From NCBI GenBank assembly GCA_039679675.1, contig JBDKUN010000056.1:84725-148724 (forward strand): a stretch of 64,000 nucleotides of DNA, written 5' to 3'. Source of the stretch: Armatimonadota bacterium. Its GTDB lineage: Bacteria; Armatimonadota; UBA5829; DTLH01. The translations under genes were made by a program, and so were the position numbers. Under the pieces are notes generated by a model, which searched no databases, was not told the origin of the DNA, and saw only the letters and a list, made by a program, of their open reading frames with translations. Every line of letters starts with the position of its first letter. The stretch's first letter is position 1. Shown piece after piece: positions 37,584 to 48,257 of the stretch.

Positions 37584-38851
37584 TCGCCGTCCTCCGTCTC
37601 ATCCAGCTCTATCCCAAAAAGCTCGCGGACTATGTCTAGTTTTTCGCAGCCGTCAGCGCAGGATGAGTATTCCTTCATCTTCACCAGAGGGTTGTGGGAG
37701 ATCTTGTTTACAAGCGACTGCATCATCATCCTGACCGCCTCTTTGTCCTTTTCAGACAAATGTGTAAGCTTCGAGCTGGATCGCTGCCATTCAGCCTCTT
37801 TGAGATCATCCAGATGCTGCCGCAGGCTCTTGATGAGCGGCACAGCTTCGAGTGTCTTCATCCAGGCGGAGAACTTACTGGTCTCTTCGGCGACTATTTC
37901 CATCACCTTTTCGGTCTCTTTTTGCCGCTCGTTGGCCGATTCCTGCACTATCGACTGCAGGTCGTCTATATCGTAGAGATAAACATTGTCGAGTTCTGCG
38001 ACAGACGGTTCGATGTCTCTCGGAACGGCGATATCGATCATAAATATGGGCCTTTCTCGACGTTTGCGCATGATTTTCGTCACCTCATCCCGGCTCACGA
38101 CCGGCTTTGTCGCACCTGTGGAGCTGATGACTATATCGGCCTGAACCATGGCAGCCGGCAGCGACTCGAACGGCACAGCGCGGCCATTGAGCGCTTCTGC
38201 GAGCTTCTCAGCCTTTGATAGCGTTCGGTTGGCGACAATAACGGACGCCGCTCCGGCAGCTTGCATATGCTTTGCCGTGAGCTCGCCCATCTTCCCCGCG
38301 CCGATAATGAGAATTGTCCTCCCGGAGAGTTCTCCGAATACCAGCCGTGCGAGCTCGACCGCTGCATAACCGACGGAGAATGCTCCGTGTGAGATGTCTG
38401 TCTCCGTTCTGGCACGTTTTCCGACAGAAAGCGCCTGCTGAAAAAGGGCATTAAGCACCGTTTTTGTGGAATCGCAGTCACAGGCTGCAGAAAAAGCATT
38501 TTTTACCTGGCTTATTATCTGGTTCTCGCCGACCATCATCGAGTCGATCCCCGAAGCGACCGAAAAGAGATGTTCAACCGTCTTGTGACCTCTGTGGCGG
38601 TAGATATACGGCTCGAAATTCTCACCGAGGCTGCTCATGAAGTCGAGAATTGTTTCTTCATCTTCATGTTTGGAGGTTACGGCATAGACCTCAGTGCGGT
38701 TGCAGGTGGAGAGGATGCAGCACTCAGATATGGACGGGCACGCGCACAGAGACTCCAGCGCATTCGGAAGTTCTTCCTCCGAAACCGCCAGGCTCTCCCG
38801 CACCGCTACCGGCGCCGTTTTGTGGTTAAGTCCTATAACTACAAGGTGCAT
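37580..38851 (-). CDS. hemA: Glutamyl-tRNA reductase
   Basis: GLNHKTAPV, STCNRTE, DSMMVGENQI, GAGKMG, DIAVPRD. Confidence 0.97.
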   Translation of the reverse strand: MHLVVIGLNHKTAPVAVRESLAVSEEELPNALESLCACPSISECCILSTCNRTEVYAVTSKHEDEETILDFMSSLGENFEPYIYRHRGHKTVEHLFSVASGIDSMMVGENQIISQVKNAFSAACDCDSTKTVLNALFQQALSVGKRARTETDISHGAFSVGYAAVELARLVFGELSGRTILIIGAGKMGELTAKHMQAAGAASVIVANRTLSKAEKLAEALNGRAVPFESLPAAMVQADIVISSTGATKPVVSRDEVTKIMRKRRERPIFMIDIAVPRDIEPSVAELDNVYLYDIDDLQSIVQESANERQKETEKVMEIVAEETSKFSAWMKTLEAVPLIKSLRQHLDDLKEAEWQRSSSKLTHLSEKDKEAVRMMMQSLVNKISHNPLVKMKEYSSCADGCEKLDIVRELFGIELDETEDGE

Positions 38852-39008
38852 TTTTCGTTAGGATACAGGATTTAGCTGGTCTTCGTCCCGGCTTTCTGCT
38901 TTTTGAAACGCGAATTGCGCGAAGAAGCGCGAATGACGCGAAATGGGATTAGTGGATATTTGTAAATTTCCACCTTCCGCATCTCAGTTCCTTCTGCGAC
39001 TCCGCGGT

Positions 39009-39641
39009 TCAAAAAGAAAGCAGCATGAAAAACGCCAGCTTTTGGGCTTCTTCCCGCTTGCCCTGGCGTATCAGTTCCGGCACATCTGAGTCCAAAACTT
39101 TATCAAATAGCTTTTCGCGCTCGCTCTGACTGGAAATCTTCGACTTTGCGGCCTCTCTGAGTTCACCCATCAACTCCGTCAGCTCTGCGTACTCCGGGCC
39201 GATCACTTCTTCTATTTTCTCACGCACACGTTTAGCTAGAGCAGGGCTGTTTCCGCCTGTACCGATGCTTATGACGAGATCGCCGCGCCTCACAACGGAC
39301 TGCACGATAAAGCTGCAGAGTTCAGGGTCATCAACCACATTTACAGGCACTCCGGCTGTCTGGGCATCCGCTGAGACCTGCAAATTGACTTCTTTATCGT
39401 TTGTCGCGGCAATCACGAGCGCGCATTTGCCGACATCGCTCGATTCATAGCATCTTTCGCAGAGTATCACCCTGCCGGAATCGGTAAGCTCGAAAATATC
39501 CTGTGTAACGCACGGGGAAACGACGGTCACGTGCGCGCCGAAATCGAGAAGGGTCTCAATTTTCCTCAGCGCAACCGTTCCGCCGCCCACAACGAGCACA
39601 TTTTTATCTTTTAAATCAACCGCAATCGGATAGTAAGTCAT
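39009..39641 (-). CDS. Precorrin-2 dehydrogenase / sirohydrochlorin ferrochelatase (CysG N-terminal/Met8-like)
   Basis: VVGGGTVALRK, VNVVDDPELCSF, GTGGNSPALA. Confidence 0.9.
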   Translation of the reverse strand: MTYYPIAVDLKDKNVLVVGGGTVALRKIETLLDFGAHVTVVSPCVTQDIFELTDSGRVILCERCYESSDVGKCALVIAATNDKEVNLQVSADAQTAGVPVNVVDDPELCSFIVQSVVRRGDLVISIGTGGNSPALAKRVREKIEEVIGPEYAELTELMGELREAAKSKISSQSEREKLFDKVLDSDVPELIRQGKREEAQKLAFFMLLSF

Positions 39642-39879
39642 ATTTCACCCGTCGCCAGTTGCAACAGCAAGATCTATCAGTTCTTTATATATATCCAAAT
39701 CCAACAATTTGATTATATCACCAGTGCAGGGAACTTTTACAGGCTGAGGGGCTGTTGATTCGCCAGAATTGGGGGTTGGCAGACCTTCATATTGTTGATA
39801 ATGCAATAGAATAAAATATGCCCGCTTTCGCTTTTGCTACGGCGGGCACTGAAGTTAGAGGTGAAAGTTAAAGTGGAAT

Positions 39880-40875
39880 TTACGCTTTACGTCGTCTCAA
39901 ACAGAGCAGCGATGCCAGTCCGCCGGCTAAGGCGATGATCGATGACGGCTCAGGAATCTGGGAAACGCGGAATCCTTCTCCTCCATCACCTTCGTAATCC
40001 GGGCGAAGGGTGCTGAATTGAGCTGATGAGAGTGAGCTTCCATAATAACCGTCGTAATAGCTGCCGCCGCGTAAGCCTCGGTTGGCCGTGTTAGCCTCGG
40101 TCCACTCCCACACATTGCCGCCTTGATCATATGTGCCGTAGGCGCTCTCCGAGTTCTCAAACTCTCCGACGTTGGTTCGGTAATAGGGGCTGCCCGTAGT
40201 GTAACCATTATTATTGAAGTTGGCATTGTTGCCGGGGTCAGGATTGGTCAGGTTATTGGATGGAAGGGAATTACTTTGTGTTGGATACGCCCAGTAGCCT
40301 GAGTTTGTCCCCTTGCCTTTGTAGTACGCAGCCTTATACCACTCATCCTGGCTTGTCACAGCCCAAGTCCATTCGGTATTCCGCTGGATAGTCCGGCCGT
40401 CATTACCGGTATAACCGTTCAAGGTATATGCTCCGGTTTCAGTACTACCATTGCCCTGACCATTATTGAGCCAGTTAGCGAACCGGCAGGCATCCCAGAA
40501 GCTTACATAGTTAACAGGCCGGTTAGCCCAGTCGGTAGCTACGCTATAGGTGTAATTGCCTGAGGTGCCTGTACGTTGAATCTTGCAGCCGTCGACATTG
40601 CTCCACATACTGGTGTTATACAGACCATAATCATCTGTTTTTGCCTTGGCATTAAGGAAATCACAGTACTGCTTAGCTGTTACTTCATACTTGCCGATGT
40701 TGTAGTTGTAGCTTACGGAGCCTCTGCCATTTGTGTCGACTGTATTTCCGACATCGCGTACGGTGACTGTTTCGAGGTTGGTGTATCCATTACCGAGGTT
40801 GAACACGTCAGCCTGGGCAGCAATACCCAAGCCCAGCAGTGAGATCACTGCTGTTACAACAAGTAGCCTTTTCAT
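39880..40875 (-). CDS. SUMF1/FGE-domain protein with PEP-CTERM sorting signal
   Basis: Signal peptide, GKYEVT, RPVNYVS, EWYKAAY, DQGGNVWEW, RGGS, IPEPSS-TM-RRRK. Confidence 0.9.
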   Translation of the reverse strand: MKRLLVVTAVISLLGLGIAAQADVFNLGNGYTNLETVTVRDVGNTVDTNGRGSVSYNYNIGKYEVTAKQYCDFLNAKAKTDDYGLYNTSMWSNVDGCKIQRTGTSGNYTYSVATDWANRPVNYVSFWDACRFANWLNNGQGNGSTETGAYTLNGYTGNDGRTIQRNTEWTWAVTSQDEWYKAAYYKGKGTNSGYWAYPTQSNSLPSNNLTNPDPGNNANFNNNGYTTGSPYYRTNVGEFENSESAYGTYDQGGNVWEWTEANTANRGLRGGSYYDGYYGSSLSSAQFSTLRPDYEGDGGEGFRVSQIPEPSSIIALAGGLASLLCLRRRKA

Positions 40876-40958
40876 CTTTTTTCTCCTAAGTGTTGTGTTG
40901 TGACCTTGCGGTGTCTAATGCCCGCTTATAACACAACGTGTGTGGACAACTATGAACT

Positions 40959-40988
40959 ATTATGCATATAAAATCGTGGATATGTCAA
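40959..40988 (-). promoter_or_regulatory. sigma70-type promoter
   Basis: TTGACA-N18-CATAAT. Confidence 0.5.
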
Positions 40989-41169
40989 TGGCTGCTTGCT
41001 TAAAATATGGTTAAGACGCAAAAATGTTGCAAATAAAAATAGAAATCGTTGAGGAATCAATTGCAGCGCCAGTATCAGAGGCAAAGGAAGGCGCAAAAAT
41101 CTGTATTCCACCAGCAGCGGCGCAAGTCCGGCCAGGAAGTAGCAGTGATGTCGCTTTTAAGATACGAAA

Positions 41170-41379
41170 TTATATCTTTGCGTTTGCTATAAGGGAACTG
41201 CCGAGAGAAGTCTGAAGCTTTCCTGTTATTATTGCTTCGACGGTCTCGCCGACTTTCGCTCCAGCTCCGAGAATTACCACCATGGTCTCATCAGGCAGAT
41301 GGGCTATGCCATCATTGTTGCAGATGCCCTGTCGGTCTATCTTCAGAGCGATCTCATCTCCGGTCTGGTAATGTATCAT
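41170..41379 (-). CDS. Stand-alone TRAM domain protein
   Basis: GIAHLPDETMVVI..VGETV..LQTSLG resembles the TRAM domain of PIN/TRAM proteins; RBS GGAG. Confidence 0.65.
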   Translation of the reverse strand: MIHYQTGDEIALKIDRQGICNNDGIAHLPDETMVVILGAGAKVGETVEAIITGKLQTSLGSSLIANAKI

Positions 41380-41432
41380 CCTTGCACTCCTAATATAAAT
41401 ACATTAGTCGTGAAACGAACAGTATTTCGGTT

Positions 41433-41735
41433 CTATTCTATAGCCTTTTGCGGACACTCACCGGCTGAATACATCTGCACTCCGCGCCCGGCGATAAGCG
41501 AACCCACTAACACCATGATGAAAAGCAGGCCGATTTGATAGAGAATAACAATGGCCGACCGGCTCAGGGCAGTCGTCGCGGGTTGGGTGCCGGGTTGCGG
41601 AGAGGAAATGGCGAGTGCGTCCGCAGGCGAGGTAAATAGCCTGTACGCGATGATAAACGAGATTACTAATATTGCTATGCCGATAGCGAAAACTGTCAGG
41701 CCTGTGATTCTGGCTGATAGGTCGCGACTTTGCAT
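41433..41735 (-). CDS. Hypothetical two-TM membrane protein
   Basis: Two hydrophobic helices, RBS GAGG. Confidence 0.65.
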   Translation of the reverse strand: MQSRDLSARITGLTVFAIGIAILVISFIIAYRLFTSPADALAISSPQPGTQPATTALSRSAIVILYQIGLLFIMVLVGSLIAGRGVQMYSAGECPQKAIE

Positions 41736-41883
41736 GCAGTCCTCACGGTCTACGTCGTTCTTTGAACTACGAAGTTATCTTACCCAACTTTGGTTGGGTA
41801 CCACTTATTTTATTTAGCCATGGATTCCTCCATGGATTTTGCAGAATCGAATATTCAGTTATGAGAAATGAATATGGGAGGAT

Positions 41884-42249
41884 TTATTCTCCGAACGCGT
41901 TTTGTATGACTTCTACAGAGATGGGTTTTCCACGCTCGAATTTAACTTCGACTACATCGAACCTGCAGTCCGAATCCGATGCATTTTTGGAGGAAAGGTA
42001 GTGTTTTGCCGTGATTATGAGCTTGGACTGCTTCTTTTTATTGACCGATTCAGCAGGGAAGACCGGAAAGTCTGAGCGGCGGCTTCTGACTTCAACGAAG
42101 ACTATCGAGCCCCTGTCTTGCGCGATAATATCGATCTCGCCGTAGCGGCACCGGTAGTTTGTCTCTATGACCTCATAGCCCTGGCGTATGAGCTCTTTGG
42201 CTGCGAGTTCCTCTGCCCTTTTTCCTAGAAGAGACTTTTCTGTGGGCAA
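41884..42249 (-). CDS. yraN: YraN family endonuclease-like protein
   Basis: NYRCRYGEIDII, FVEVR, CRFDVV, IQNAF. Confidence 0.9.
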   Translation of the reverse strand: MPTEKSLLGKRAEELAAKELIRQGYEVIETNYRCRYGEIDIIAQDRGSIVFVEVRSRRSDFPVFPAESVNKKKQSKLIITAKHYLSSKNASDSDCRFDVVEVKFERGKPISVEVIQNAFGE

Positions 42250-42872
42250 TCGCCGTTCACTTTCCGGGCTACTGGGGAAAAGCTCTTCCTATGGATGGCG
42301 CATGCACCGTGCTCCTCTATTGCTTGCAGGTGCGCCTGTGTGCAGTAGCCCTTGTGCTTCTCGAAACCGTAGTTAGGATACACCTTAGCCATCTCACGCA
42401 TGATGCAGTCCCGCGTCACCTTTGCTACAATTGATGCGGCGGCGACGGACGCGCTCTTGGAATCGCCTTCGATTATGGCCGACTGTTCTACACCGAGGTC
42501 AGGAATGGTGTGGTCGCCGTCGACCAGTACAAAATCAAAGGCAGCGCCCATATCTTTGAGCGCCGCCCTCATTGCTTCGTATGTAGCCTGCAGTATATTT
42601 ATCTTGTCGATGATCTCCGAGCTGATTATTCCGACCCCGACTGCCTTCGCATCTGCCGTTATTCGTGTATAGGCCCTCTCGCGCTGTGCTTCAGAGAGCT
42701 TCTTCGAGTCGCGTATGCCGGTCAGATCGAAGTCCTTGGGAAGGATTACCGCCGCAGCCACCACCGGCCCTGCAAGCGGACCCCGACCTGCTTCGTCAAC
42801 CCCTGCAATTTCAGCGTGGCCCGATTGCTGCGCTTCGTGCTCGTACTTGAAGAGGTCGGTTACCTGTCCCAC
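42225..42872 (-). CDS. rnhB: Ribonuclease HII
   Basis: GVDEAGRGPLAGPV, DSKKL, AAASIVAKVTRD, HKGY. Confidence 0.97.
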   Translation of the reverse strand: MGQVTDLFKYEHEAQQSGHAEIAGVDEAGRGPLAGPVVAAAVILPKDFDLTGIRDSKKLSEAQRERAYTRITADAKAVGVGIISSEIIDKINILQATYEAMRAALKDMGAAFDFVLVDGDHTIPDLGVEQSAIIEGDSKSASVAAASIVAKVTRDCIMREMAKVYPNYGFEKHKGYCTQAHLQAIEEHGACAIHRKSFSPVARKVNGDCPQKSLF

Positions 42873-43810
42873 TGAAACCTGCCAAACGGGAAGAAGGTAA
42901 ACATCGCCCTGCCGACAACCCTGTCGCGGTCGAGTGGTCCCCAGAAACGGCCATCACTCGAATGGTTGCGGTTATCGCCCATCATAAGGTACTCGCCCTT
43001 GGACAGTTTGATCCGTTCGTGCCCTTTGTTCTGGATGAGCTTGAGCTTGCCTTCCGCGATCATCTTCGGCAGGTTGGTGCGAGCATCACTAAGGTCAGGG
43101 TACGCCGAATCAGGATCCTCTGCGGTATACGGCTCGTTCAATATCTTGCCGTTCCGCCAGACATAACCCGGATGTATCTCTATTTCAGGGTTGACCCGGT
43201 CAAGATAATCAGCCAACTCTTTGCTGCTGATCCGCTTTCCATCGACATAAACACCGTCTTTAGCCAGCTTAACCGATAGATCATCCCTTGGGTTGCCTGA
43301 ATTATCGTAATAGATATAACCCGTCTTTTTGGCGATCTGTTGTTCGATATCTAATCGAGAGAACTTTACGCCATCTACGAGGACATACCCTGGCACTACA
43401 TATATTTCATCGCCTGGCACCCCGATTAACCGCTTGATGTAATCGATCTGCTTAGGTTCCAGAATACCGCTTGCCTCAAGCGCTGCGGGCGGAGCGTTGA
43501 ACACAACAATATCCCCATGCTGCGGGTCTCTTACCCTGTAGACCGCCTTATTCACCAGAATATGGTCGTGTATCAGAAGAGTCGGCACCATAGACTCGGA
43601 CGGTATAAAGAAGGCCTGCACAAAGAACGGGCGGATGATAAGAAACACGAGTCCCATCGCGATTGCGAGGGATTCGGCAACTTCCGCCATGGACTTAGCC
43701 GAGGGCGTTCCCCGCTTGAGCAGCGCGAACCTGGCCACTATAAGCACGATTATTGTTGCAACAACCGTATACCAGGGCAGATTAGCTAGCCACTCGGTGA
43801 TGTTGCTCAT
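42860..43810 (-). CDS. lepB: Signal peptidase I
   Basis: [36 protein letters not shown]. Confidence 0.95.
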   Translation of the reverse strand: MSNITEWLANLPWYTVVATIIVLIVARFALLKRGTPSAKSMAEVAESLAIAMGLVFLIIRPFFVQAFFIPSESMVPTLLIHDHILVNKAVYRVRDPQHGDIVVFNAPPAALEASGILEPKQIDYIKRLIGVPGDEIYVVPGYVLVDGVKFSRLDIEQQIAKKTGYIYYDNSGNPRDDLSVKLAKDGVYVDGKRISSKELADYLDRVNPEIEIHPGYVWRNGKILNEPYTAEDPDSAYPDLSDARTNLPKMIAEGKLKLIQNKGHERIKLSKGEYLMMGDNRNHSSDGRFWGPLDRDRVVGRAMFTFFPFGRFQWDR

Positions 43811-44148
43811 CTCTTTTCCTTGATTCTTGCGGCCTTTCCGACTCTGCCTCGGAGATAGTAAAGTTTAGCTCTTCGGACATCGCCTCTTCTTGTTACTTCG
43901 ATCTTGGCGATCTTTGGTGAATGGAGTGGGAAGACCCGCTCGACACCTACGCTGTTCGAAATCTTTCGGACTGTGAAAGCGGATTTCAAACCGCCATCCT
44001 TCTGTGCGATTACTACACCCTCGAATACCTGGATGCGCTCTTTACCGCCTTCGACTACCCGTACGTGCACACGAACGGTATCACCGGGTCCGAAGCTCGG
44101 AACATCCTCTCGGATCTGTTCGCGCTCCAGTTGCTCAATTATCTGCAT
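43807..44148 (-). CDS. rplS: 50S ribosomal protein L19
   Basis: [31 protein letters not shown]. Confidence 0.97.
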   Translation of the reverse strand: MQIIEQLEREQIREDVPSFGPGDTVRVHVRVVEGGKERIQVFEGVVIAQKDGGLKSAFTVRKISNSVGVERVFPLHSPKIAKIEVTRRGDVRRAKLYYLRGRVGKAARIKEKR

Positions 44149-44938
44149 TAACGTCCTCCTCAATAGAGTCCTGAGTTACAGGTTCTAACTTCTCAGTATT
44201 TCGCTGTTCTTCCAAAAGTTCCAGCAATATATTTCTATCTTTATCTGTAAGGGCAGCATGTTCCAAAAGTTCAGGCCGCCTCTCAAGCGTTCGTCTCAAC
44301 GACATCCTTCGACGCCATTCGGCGATCATTTTGTGATGCCCGGAGATCAGGATGTCCGGCACTTTCCACCCGCGGAACTCCACAGGCCTCGTATAATGCG
44401 GGTATTCGAGAAGCCCTTCCGAAAAAGACTCCTCGACAGCTGATTCCTCATCTCCGAGCACACCCGGCAGGAGCCTTGCGACCGAGTCTATCAACACAAG
44501 CGCGGGAAGCTCTCCGCCGGTCAGCACATAGTCTCCCATCGAGATCTCTCTATCGACCAGATGCTCCCGGACACGCTCGTCCACGCCTTCGTAATGGCCG
44601 CAGAGTATTATCAGCCGGCTTTCAGCCGAAAGCTCCCTGGCAATCTTCTGCGAATAAGGCTCGCCCTGAGGAGTCATCATCAAAACTTTTGACTCTCCGG
44701 GCTCTTCGCCCTCTCGGATAGCTTCGACCGCCTCGAATATAGGGTCCGGTTTCATAACCATCCCCGCACCCGGCCCAAAAGGCGCATCATCCGTGCTTCG
44801 GTGCCTGTCATGAGCATAGTCCCGCAGGTTATGTACCTCTACTTCGAGGGCTTCCTTCTCCTGCGCCCGTTTGACTATGCTATATCCGGTTCCAGCCTCG
44901 ATAACCTCCGGAAAGACGGTGATAACATCAATCCTCAA
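44135..44938 (-). CDS. trmD: tRNA (guanine-N1)-methyltransferase
   Basis: [33 protein letters not shown]. Confidence 0.97.
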   Translation of the reverse strand: MRIDVITVFPEVIEAGTGYSIVKRAQEKEALEVEVHNLRDYAHDRHRSTDDAPFGPGAGMVMKPDPIFEAVEAIREGEEPGESKVLMMTPQGEPYSQKIARELSAESRLIILCGHYEGVDERVREHLVDREISMGDYVLTGGELPALVLIDSVARLLPGVLGDEESAVEESFSEGLLEYPHYTRPVEFRGWKVPDILISGHHKMIAEWRRRMSLRRTLERRPELLEHAALTDKDRNILLELLEEQRNTEKLEPVTQDSIEEDVNADN

Positions 44939-44947
44939 AATATAACC

Positions 44948-45463
44948 CTAATCTGACAGCATCCCGTCGATCAGTTTCACGATCATTTTGCCGCTTTCCA
45001 GATCTATTTCCCGCACGAACTCTTTTACAGCAGGAATCATCGCCTTCGGCGTGACATAGATGTCGTTTCCGGCTCCCTGCAGCACGTCAATCACCTTGCC
45101 GATACTCTCTCCGTCAGTAGTATATACGTCGAGTCCCAGAATATCGTGCACATAAAATTGATCGGTATCGAGCTCCATAAGCTCCGATTTGTCGATCAAG
45201 AGCTTGGCATTTCTCAGCTCTTCGGCAGAGTTTCGGTCGTCGCACCCCTCGAACTTGATGAGCACCCCTCCCTGGTGGAAGCGGATACCCTCAATTCGAG
45301 TCATCCGGCCATGTCCGGCCTCAGGTTGAAGCCAGATTTCCTCCTGGTCTTCGAACCTTTCGGGAAAATCGGTCTCGATCTTTACCTTGACCTCTCCTTT
45401 GATGCCGAACGGAGCAACTACCGTTCCTATGACTACATCAGGTTCTTTCCCGGAACCGGTCAA
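44948..45463 (-). CDS. rimM: Ribosome maturation factor RimM
   Basis: GIKGEVKV, TDFPERF, IPAVKEFV; synteny. Confidence 0.93.
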   Translation of the reverse strand: MTGSGKEPDVVIGTVVAPFGIKGEVKVKIETDFPERFEDQEEIWLQPEAGHGRMTRIEGIRFHQGGVLIKFEGCDDRNSAEELRNAKLLIDKSELMELDTDQFYVHDILGLDVYTTDGESIGKVIDVLQGAGNDIYVTPKAMIPAVKEFVREIDLESGKMIVKLIDGMLSD

Positions 45464-45864
45464 CCTTCTTTGATCTCCTGAACGATACCGTCTTTTATGG
45501 TAATTTCAGCGCCGTTCATCTTTTCGACGAGGTTATCCCCGACCGCGACTTCCACTTCGCCTTCTATCGTGCCCTGCACGAACTCGGCCCCGATCTCAAG
45601 CCCTGTGATCTCATTCAGCTTGCTGTTGACTTCGGCCTTCATGCTTTCGTAATGCTGCTTCTCAGCTTCGATCTCCCGACGAAGGCGTCCCGCCTGTTCG
45701 ATGTCGGCTTTCGCCACCTCGGGCACGTAACGCCGGAGCTGGAATTCGAGCTGCTGGCTTGCCGTGTCTATCCTTGAAAGTGTTTTCGTGAGTTCTTCCT
45801 TCAGACTGCTCTTGAACTCCTCGGTGACTATCACTTTTATCGTTACCGCGTGCTTAAGCTTCAT
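45460..45864 (-). CDS. ylqD: YlqD family protein
   Basis: VTIKVIVTE..coiled coil..VGDN..IKDGIV; position between khpA and rimM. Confidence 0.82.
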   Translation of the reverse strand: MKLKHAVTIKVIVTEEFKSSLKEELTKTLSRIDTASQQLEFQLRRYVPEVAKADIEQAGRLRREIEAEKQHYESMKAEVNSKLNEITGLEIGAEFVQGTIEGEVEVAVGDNLVEKMNGAEITIKDGIVQEIKEG

Positions 45865-45958
45865 TGTCCTCCACCGGTACATAAAATAAGTTCAGATCAG
45901 GGACATAATTCCAGACGTGTCTGAAACGGCATCCGAAATCCGAAAATACTCATCCTGC

Positions 45959-46189
45959 TTATGATACTATATCGATAAAGACTTTGTTGCCTTCCTTCAT
46001 AGCCGCGGCTTTTGCCACGGTGCGGAGGGCATTGGCGATCTTGCCGTCTTTACCGATGACTTTTCCCAGGTCGCTCTCGTCCACATGGACCTGGTAGGTC
46101 ACGGCGCCGTCATGAGCGACTTCCGTGATCTCGACCCGGTCCTGCTCACTTACAAGCGCCTTAACCAGAATTTCAATCAGATCTTTCAA
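45959..46189 (-). CDS. khpA: KH domain RNA-binding protein
   Basis: DLGKVIGKDGKIANALR. Confidence 0.92.
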   Translation of the reverse strand: MKDLIEILVKALVSEQDRVEITEVAHDGAVTYQVHVDESDLGKVIGKDGKIANALRTVAKAAAMKEGNKVFIDIVS

Positions 46190-46241
46190 GATTGTCCTAC
46201 TCCCAATCGGAGAGATTTAAGAGACAGCTGACGAGCGGAAG

Positions 46242-46583
46242 TTATGCTTCCTCTTTCTTTGCTGCCGCTTTCTTCCTTCTCTTGGGCGCTGCTTCAGGTG
46301 CAGGAGTTTCCTCTGCAGCCGGAGCTTCAGCCTGAGCGGCTCCGATTACGCCCGATTTCTTAAGAAGTCCCCTTGCCGTGTCGGTCGGCTGTGCTCCGCG
46401 ACCAAGCCACATTTTGGTCTTTTCTTCATCGAGCTTCATGGTTGGCGGCTCTGTGGTCGGATTGTAATAACCCAACTGATCGATGAATCTTCCACCGCGA
46501 GCCGTGCGGCTGTCGGCCACTACTATCCTGTAGAAAGGCCTTTTCTTTGCGCCCATTCTGCGCAGTCTGATCTTTACTGCCAA
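46242..46583 (-). CDS. rpsP: 30S ribosomal protein S16
   Basis: [29 protein letters not shown]. Confidence 0.97.
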   Translation of the reverse strand: MAVKIRLRRMGAKKRPFYRIVVADSRTARGGRFIDQLGYYNPTTEPPTMKLDEEKTKMWLGRGAQPTDTARGLLKKSGVIGAAQAEAPAAEETPAPEAAPKRRKKAAAKKEEA

Positions 46584-46663
46584 TACATAGCCTCCAATTT
46601 AGTGTTCGAGTCCTAAGTTTCTTATGCTTCGGGACCGCTTTTTCGTTCCGAAGCACGACTGTG

Positions 46664-48016
46664 CTATTTAAAAAACGGCATCGGCGGCATTTTCTTGCGT
46701 TTTCCGGACTTTATCGATTCGTCGTAGCCTGTCAACTGCCGCATCATCTTCCGCATTTCATCAAACTGTTTGATCAGCCGGTTTACATCCTGAATACTGG
46801 TACCGCTTCCGTCCGCTATACGCCTTCTCCGGCTGCCGTTAATTATCGCAGGTTCGCGCCGCTCCTCTTTTGTCATGGAGCGGATTATCGCTTCGACCTG
46901 GCCTATATCATGCTCGTCAACTTTGATCCCCTGTAGCTGTTTCAACTGGCCGAAACCAGGGATCATCGATATAAGCTGATCGAGCGGGCCCATCTTGCGC
47001 ATCTCCTGGAGCTGGTTCAGATAGTCATCGAACCCGAACTGGTTCTCCCGGAGCTTCTTTTCGAGCACCTTTGCCTGCTCCTCGGTTACGGTGGACTGTG
47101 CCTTTTCGATCAGGCTCAACACATCGCCCATACCGAGGATGCGCGAGGCCATCCGGTCCGGGTGGAACGGCTCCAGACCGTCCATTTTTTCGCTCGTTCC
47201 TGCAAACTTGATAGGCTTTCCCGTCACGCTCTTTATCGAGAGCGCCGCTCCGCCTCTGGCATCGCTGTCGAGCTTCGTCATAATGACGCCGTCTATCGCG
47301 ATTGCGTCGTTGAACGCCTTTGCGACGTTTACCGCGTCCTGGCCGGACATGGAATCGACGACTAAGAGCACTTCAGTGACCGGAATCGATGCCCGGATGC
47401 GCTTCAGCTCGTCCATCATCTCATCGTCTATGGTAAGCCTTCCGGCAACGTCGAGGATCACATAATCGTGTCCGCCGTTCGCCGCAGCCGACATAGCAGC
47501 TTTGCAGACGGCTACACCGTCCTGCTTGTCGCCCATTGAAAAGACTTTGACCCCGATCTGCTCACCAAGCGTATTAAGCTGCTTGATGGCTGCAGGCCGG
47601 TAGACGTCCGCAGCGACTAAAAGCGGGTTTTTGCCCTGCTTTTTCAGATTGAATGCGAGCTTTCCAGCGGTAGTCGTCTTACCAGCACCGTGGAGCCCTG
47701 AGAGCATGACAACGGTCGGCGGCTTGGCGGCTATTGTGAGCTTCGCCTGCTGCCCTCCGAGAAGCGAAATTAACTCCTCATGGACGATCTTTATGACCAT
47801 CTGCCCCGGCGATAAACTCTTCAGTACATCCTGGCCGACAGCGCGTTCCTTTACGCGCGCGACGAAATCCTTCACAACGCGGAAGTTGACATCTGCCTCA
47901 AGGAGCACGAGCCGCACTTCACGAAGCGCTTCATCGACATCTTTCTCCGTAAGTGCGCCTTTACCTGTCAGCCGCTTGAATGCATTCTGAAGTTTTTCGC
48001 TCAGGCTCTCGAACAC
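46664..48016 (-). CDS. ffh: Signal recognition particle protein
   Basis: LLEADV, GAGKTTT, DVYRPAA, RGGAALS, RILGMGD, Met-rich M domain; GTG start. Confidence 0.97.
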   Translation of the reverse strand: MFESLSEKLQNAFKRLTGKGALTEKDVDEALREVRLVLLEADVNFRVVKDFVARVKERAVGQDVLKSLSPGQMVIKIVHEELISLLGGQQAKLTIAAKPPTVVMLSGLHGAGKTTTAGKLAFNLKKQGKNPLLVAADVYRPAAIKQLNTLGEQIGVKVFSMGDKQDGVAVCKAAMSAAANGGHDYVILDVAGRLTIDDEMMDELKRIRASIPVTEVLLVVDSMSGQDAVNVAKAFNDAIAIDGVIMTKLDSDARGGAALSIKSVTGKPIKFAGTSEKMDGLEPFHPDRMASRILGMGDVLSLIEKAQSTVTEEQAKVLEKKLRENQFGFDDYLNQLQEMRKMGPLDQLISMIPGFGQLKQLQGIKVDEHDIGQVEAIIRSMTKEERREPAIINGSRRRRIADGSGTSIQDVNRLIKQFDEMRKMMRQLTGYDESIKSGKRKKMPPMPFFK

Positions 48017-48121
48017 CTGTTTACTCCATCCAATCAGCAAAATCGGGAACGCGAGACGTGACTTAGGGAGCGGATGCCGACATCCGTTCCCTGAAACAAC
48101 CCCGGTTCCCTACTCTGTTAT

Positions 48122-48150
48122 AGTATATCGGCTACGGGAACCGTTGTCAA
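48122..48150 (-). promoter_or_regulatory. sigma70-type promoter of the ffh operon
   Basis: TTGACA-N17-TATACT. Confidence 0.75.
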
Positions 48151-48210
48151 ACTCAAAATGGACTGTGAAAGACCTGCATGCGGCAGGCAGGCAAAAGCGG
48201 ATGCAAAGTC

Positions 48211-48257
48211 AAAAAAAGGAGCCGGCAGCCGGTCCCTCAGGGCCGTACCGCCAGCTC
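48211..48257 (-). terminator. Intrinsic terminator ~220 nt downstream of csrA
   Basis: GAGCTGGCGG..CTGCCGGCTCC followed by T7 on the minus strand. Confidence 0.75.

Noticed and set aside
38903..39008. Short tandem CGCGAA repeats between hemA and the sirohaem gene
   Set aside because: Too short and degenerate to assign; possibly a dispersed intergenic micro-repeat.
41115..41154. SRP RNA-like string CCGGCCAGGAAGTAGCAG
   Set aside because: It does not form the CAGG-nn-GNRA-nn-AGCA helix 8 and has no long flanking stem.
41884..48016. ffh-rpsP-khpA-ylqD-rimM-trmD-rplS-lepB-rnhB-yraN cluster as unusual
   Set aside because: This is a well-known conserved gene order.
48236..48257. T-box-like GGCGGTACGG before a terminator
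   Set aside because: It mismatches the UGGNACC bulge, shows no proper stem I order, and no amino-acid gene follows.
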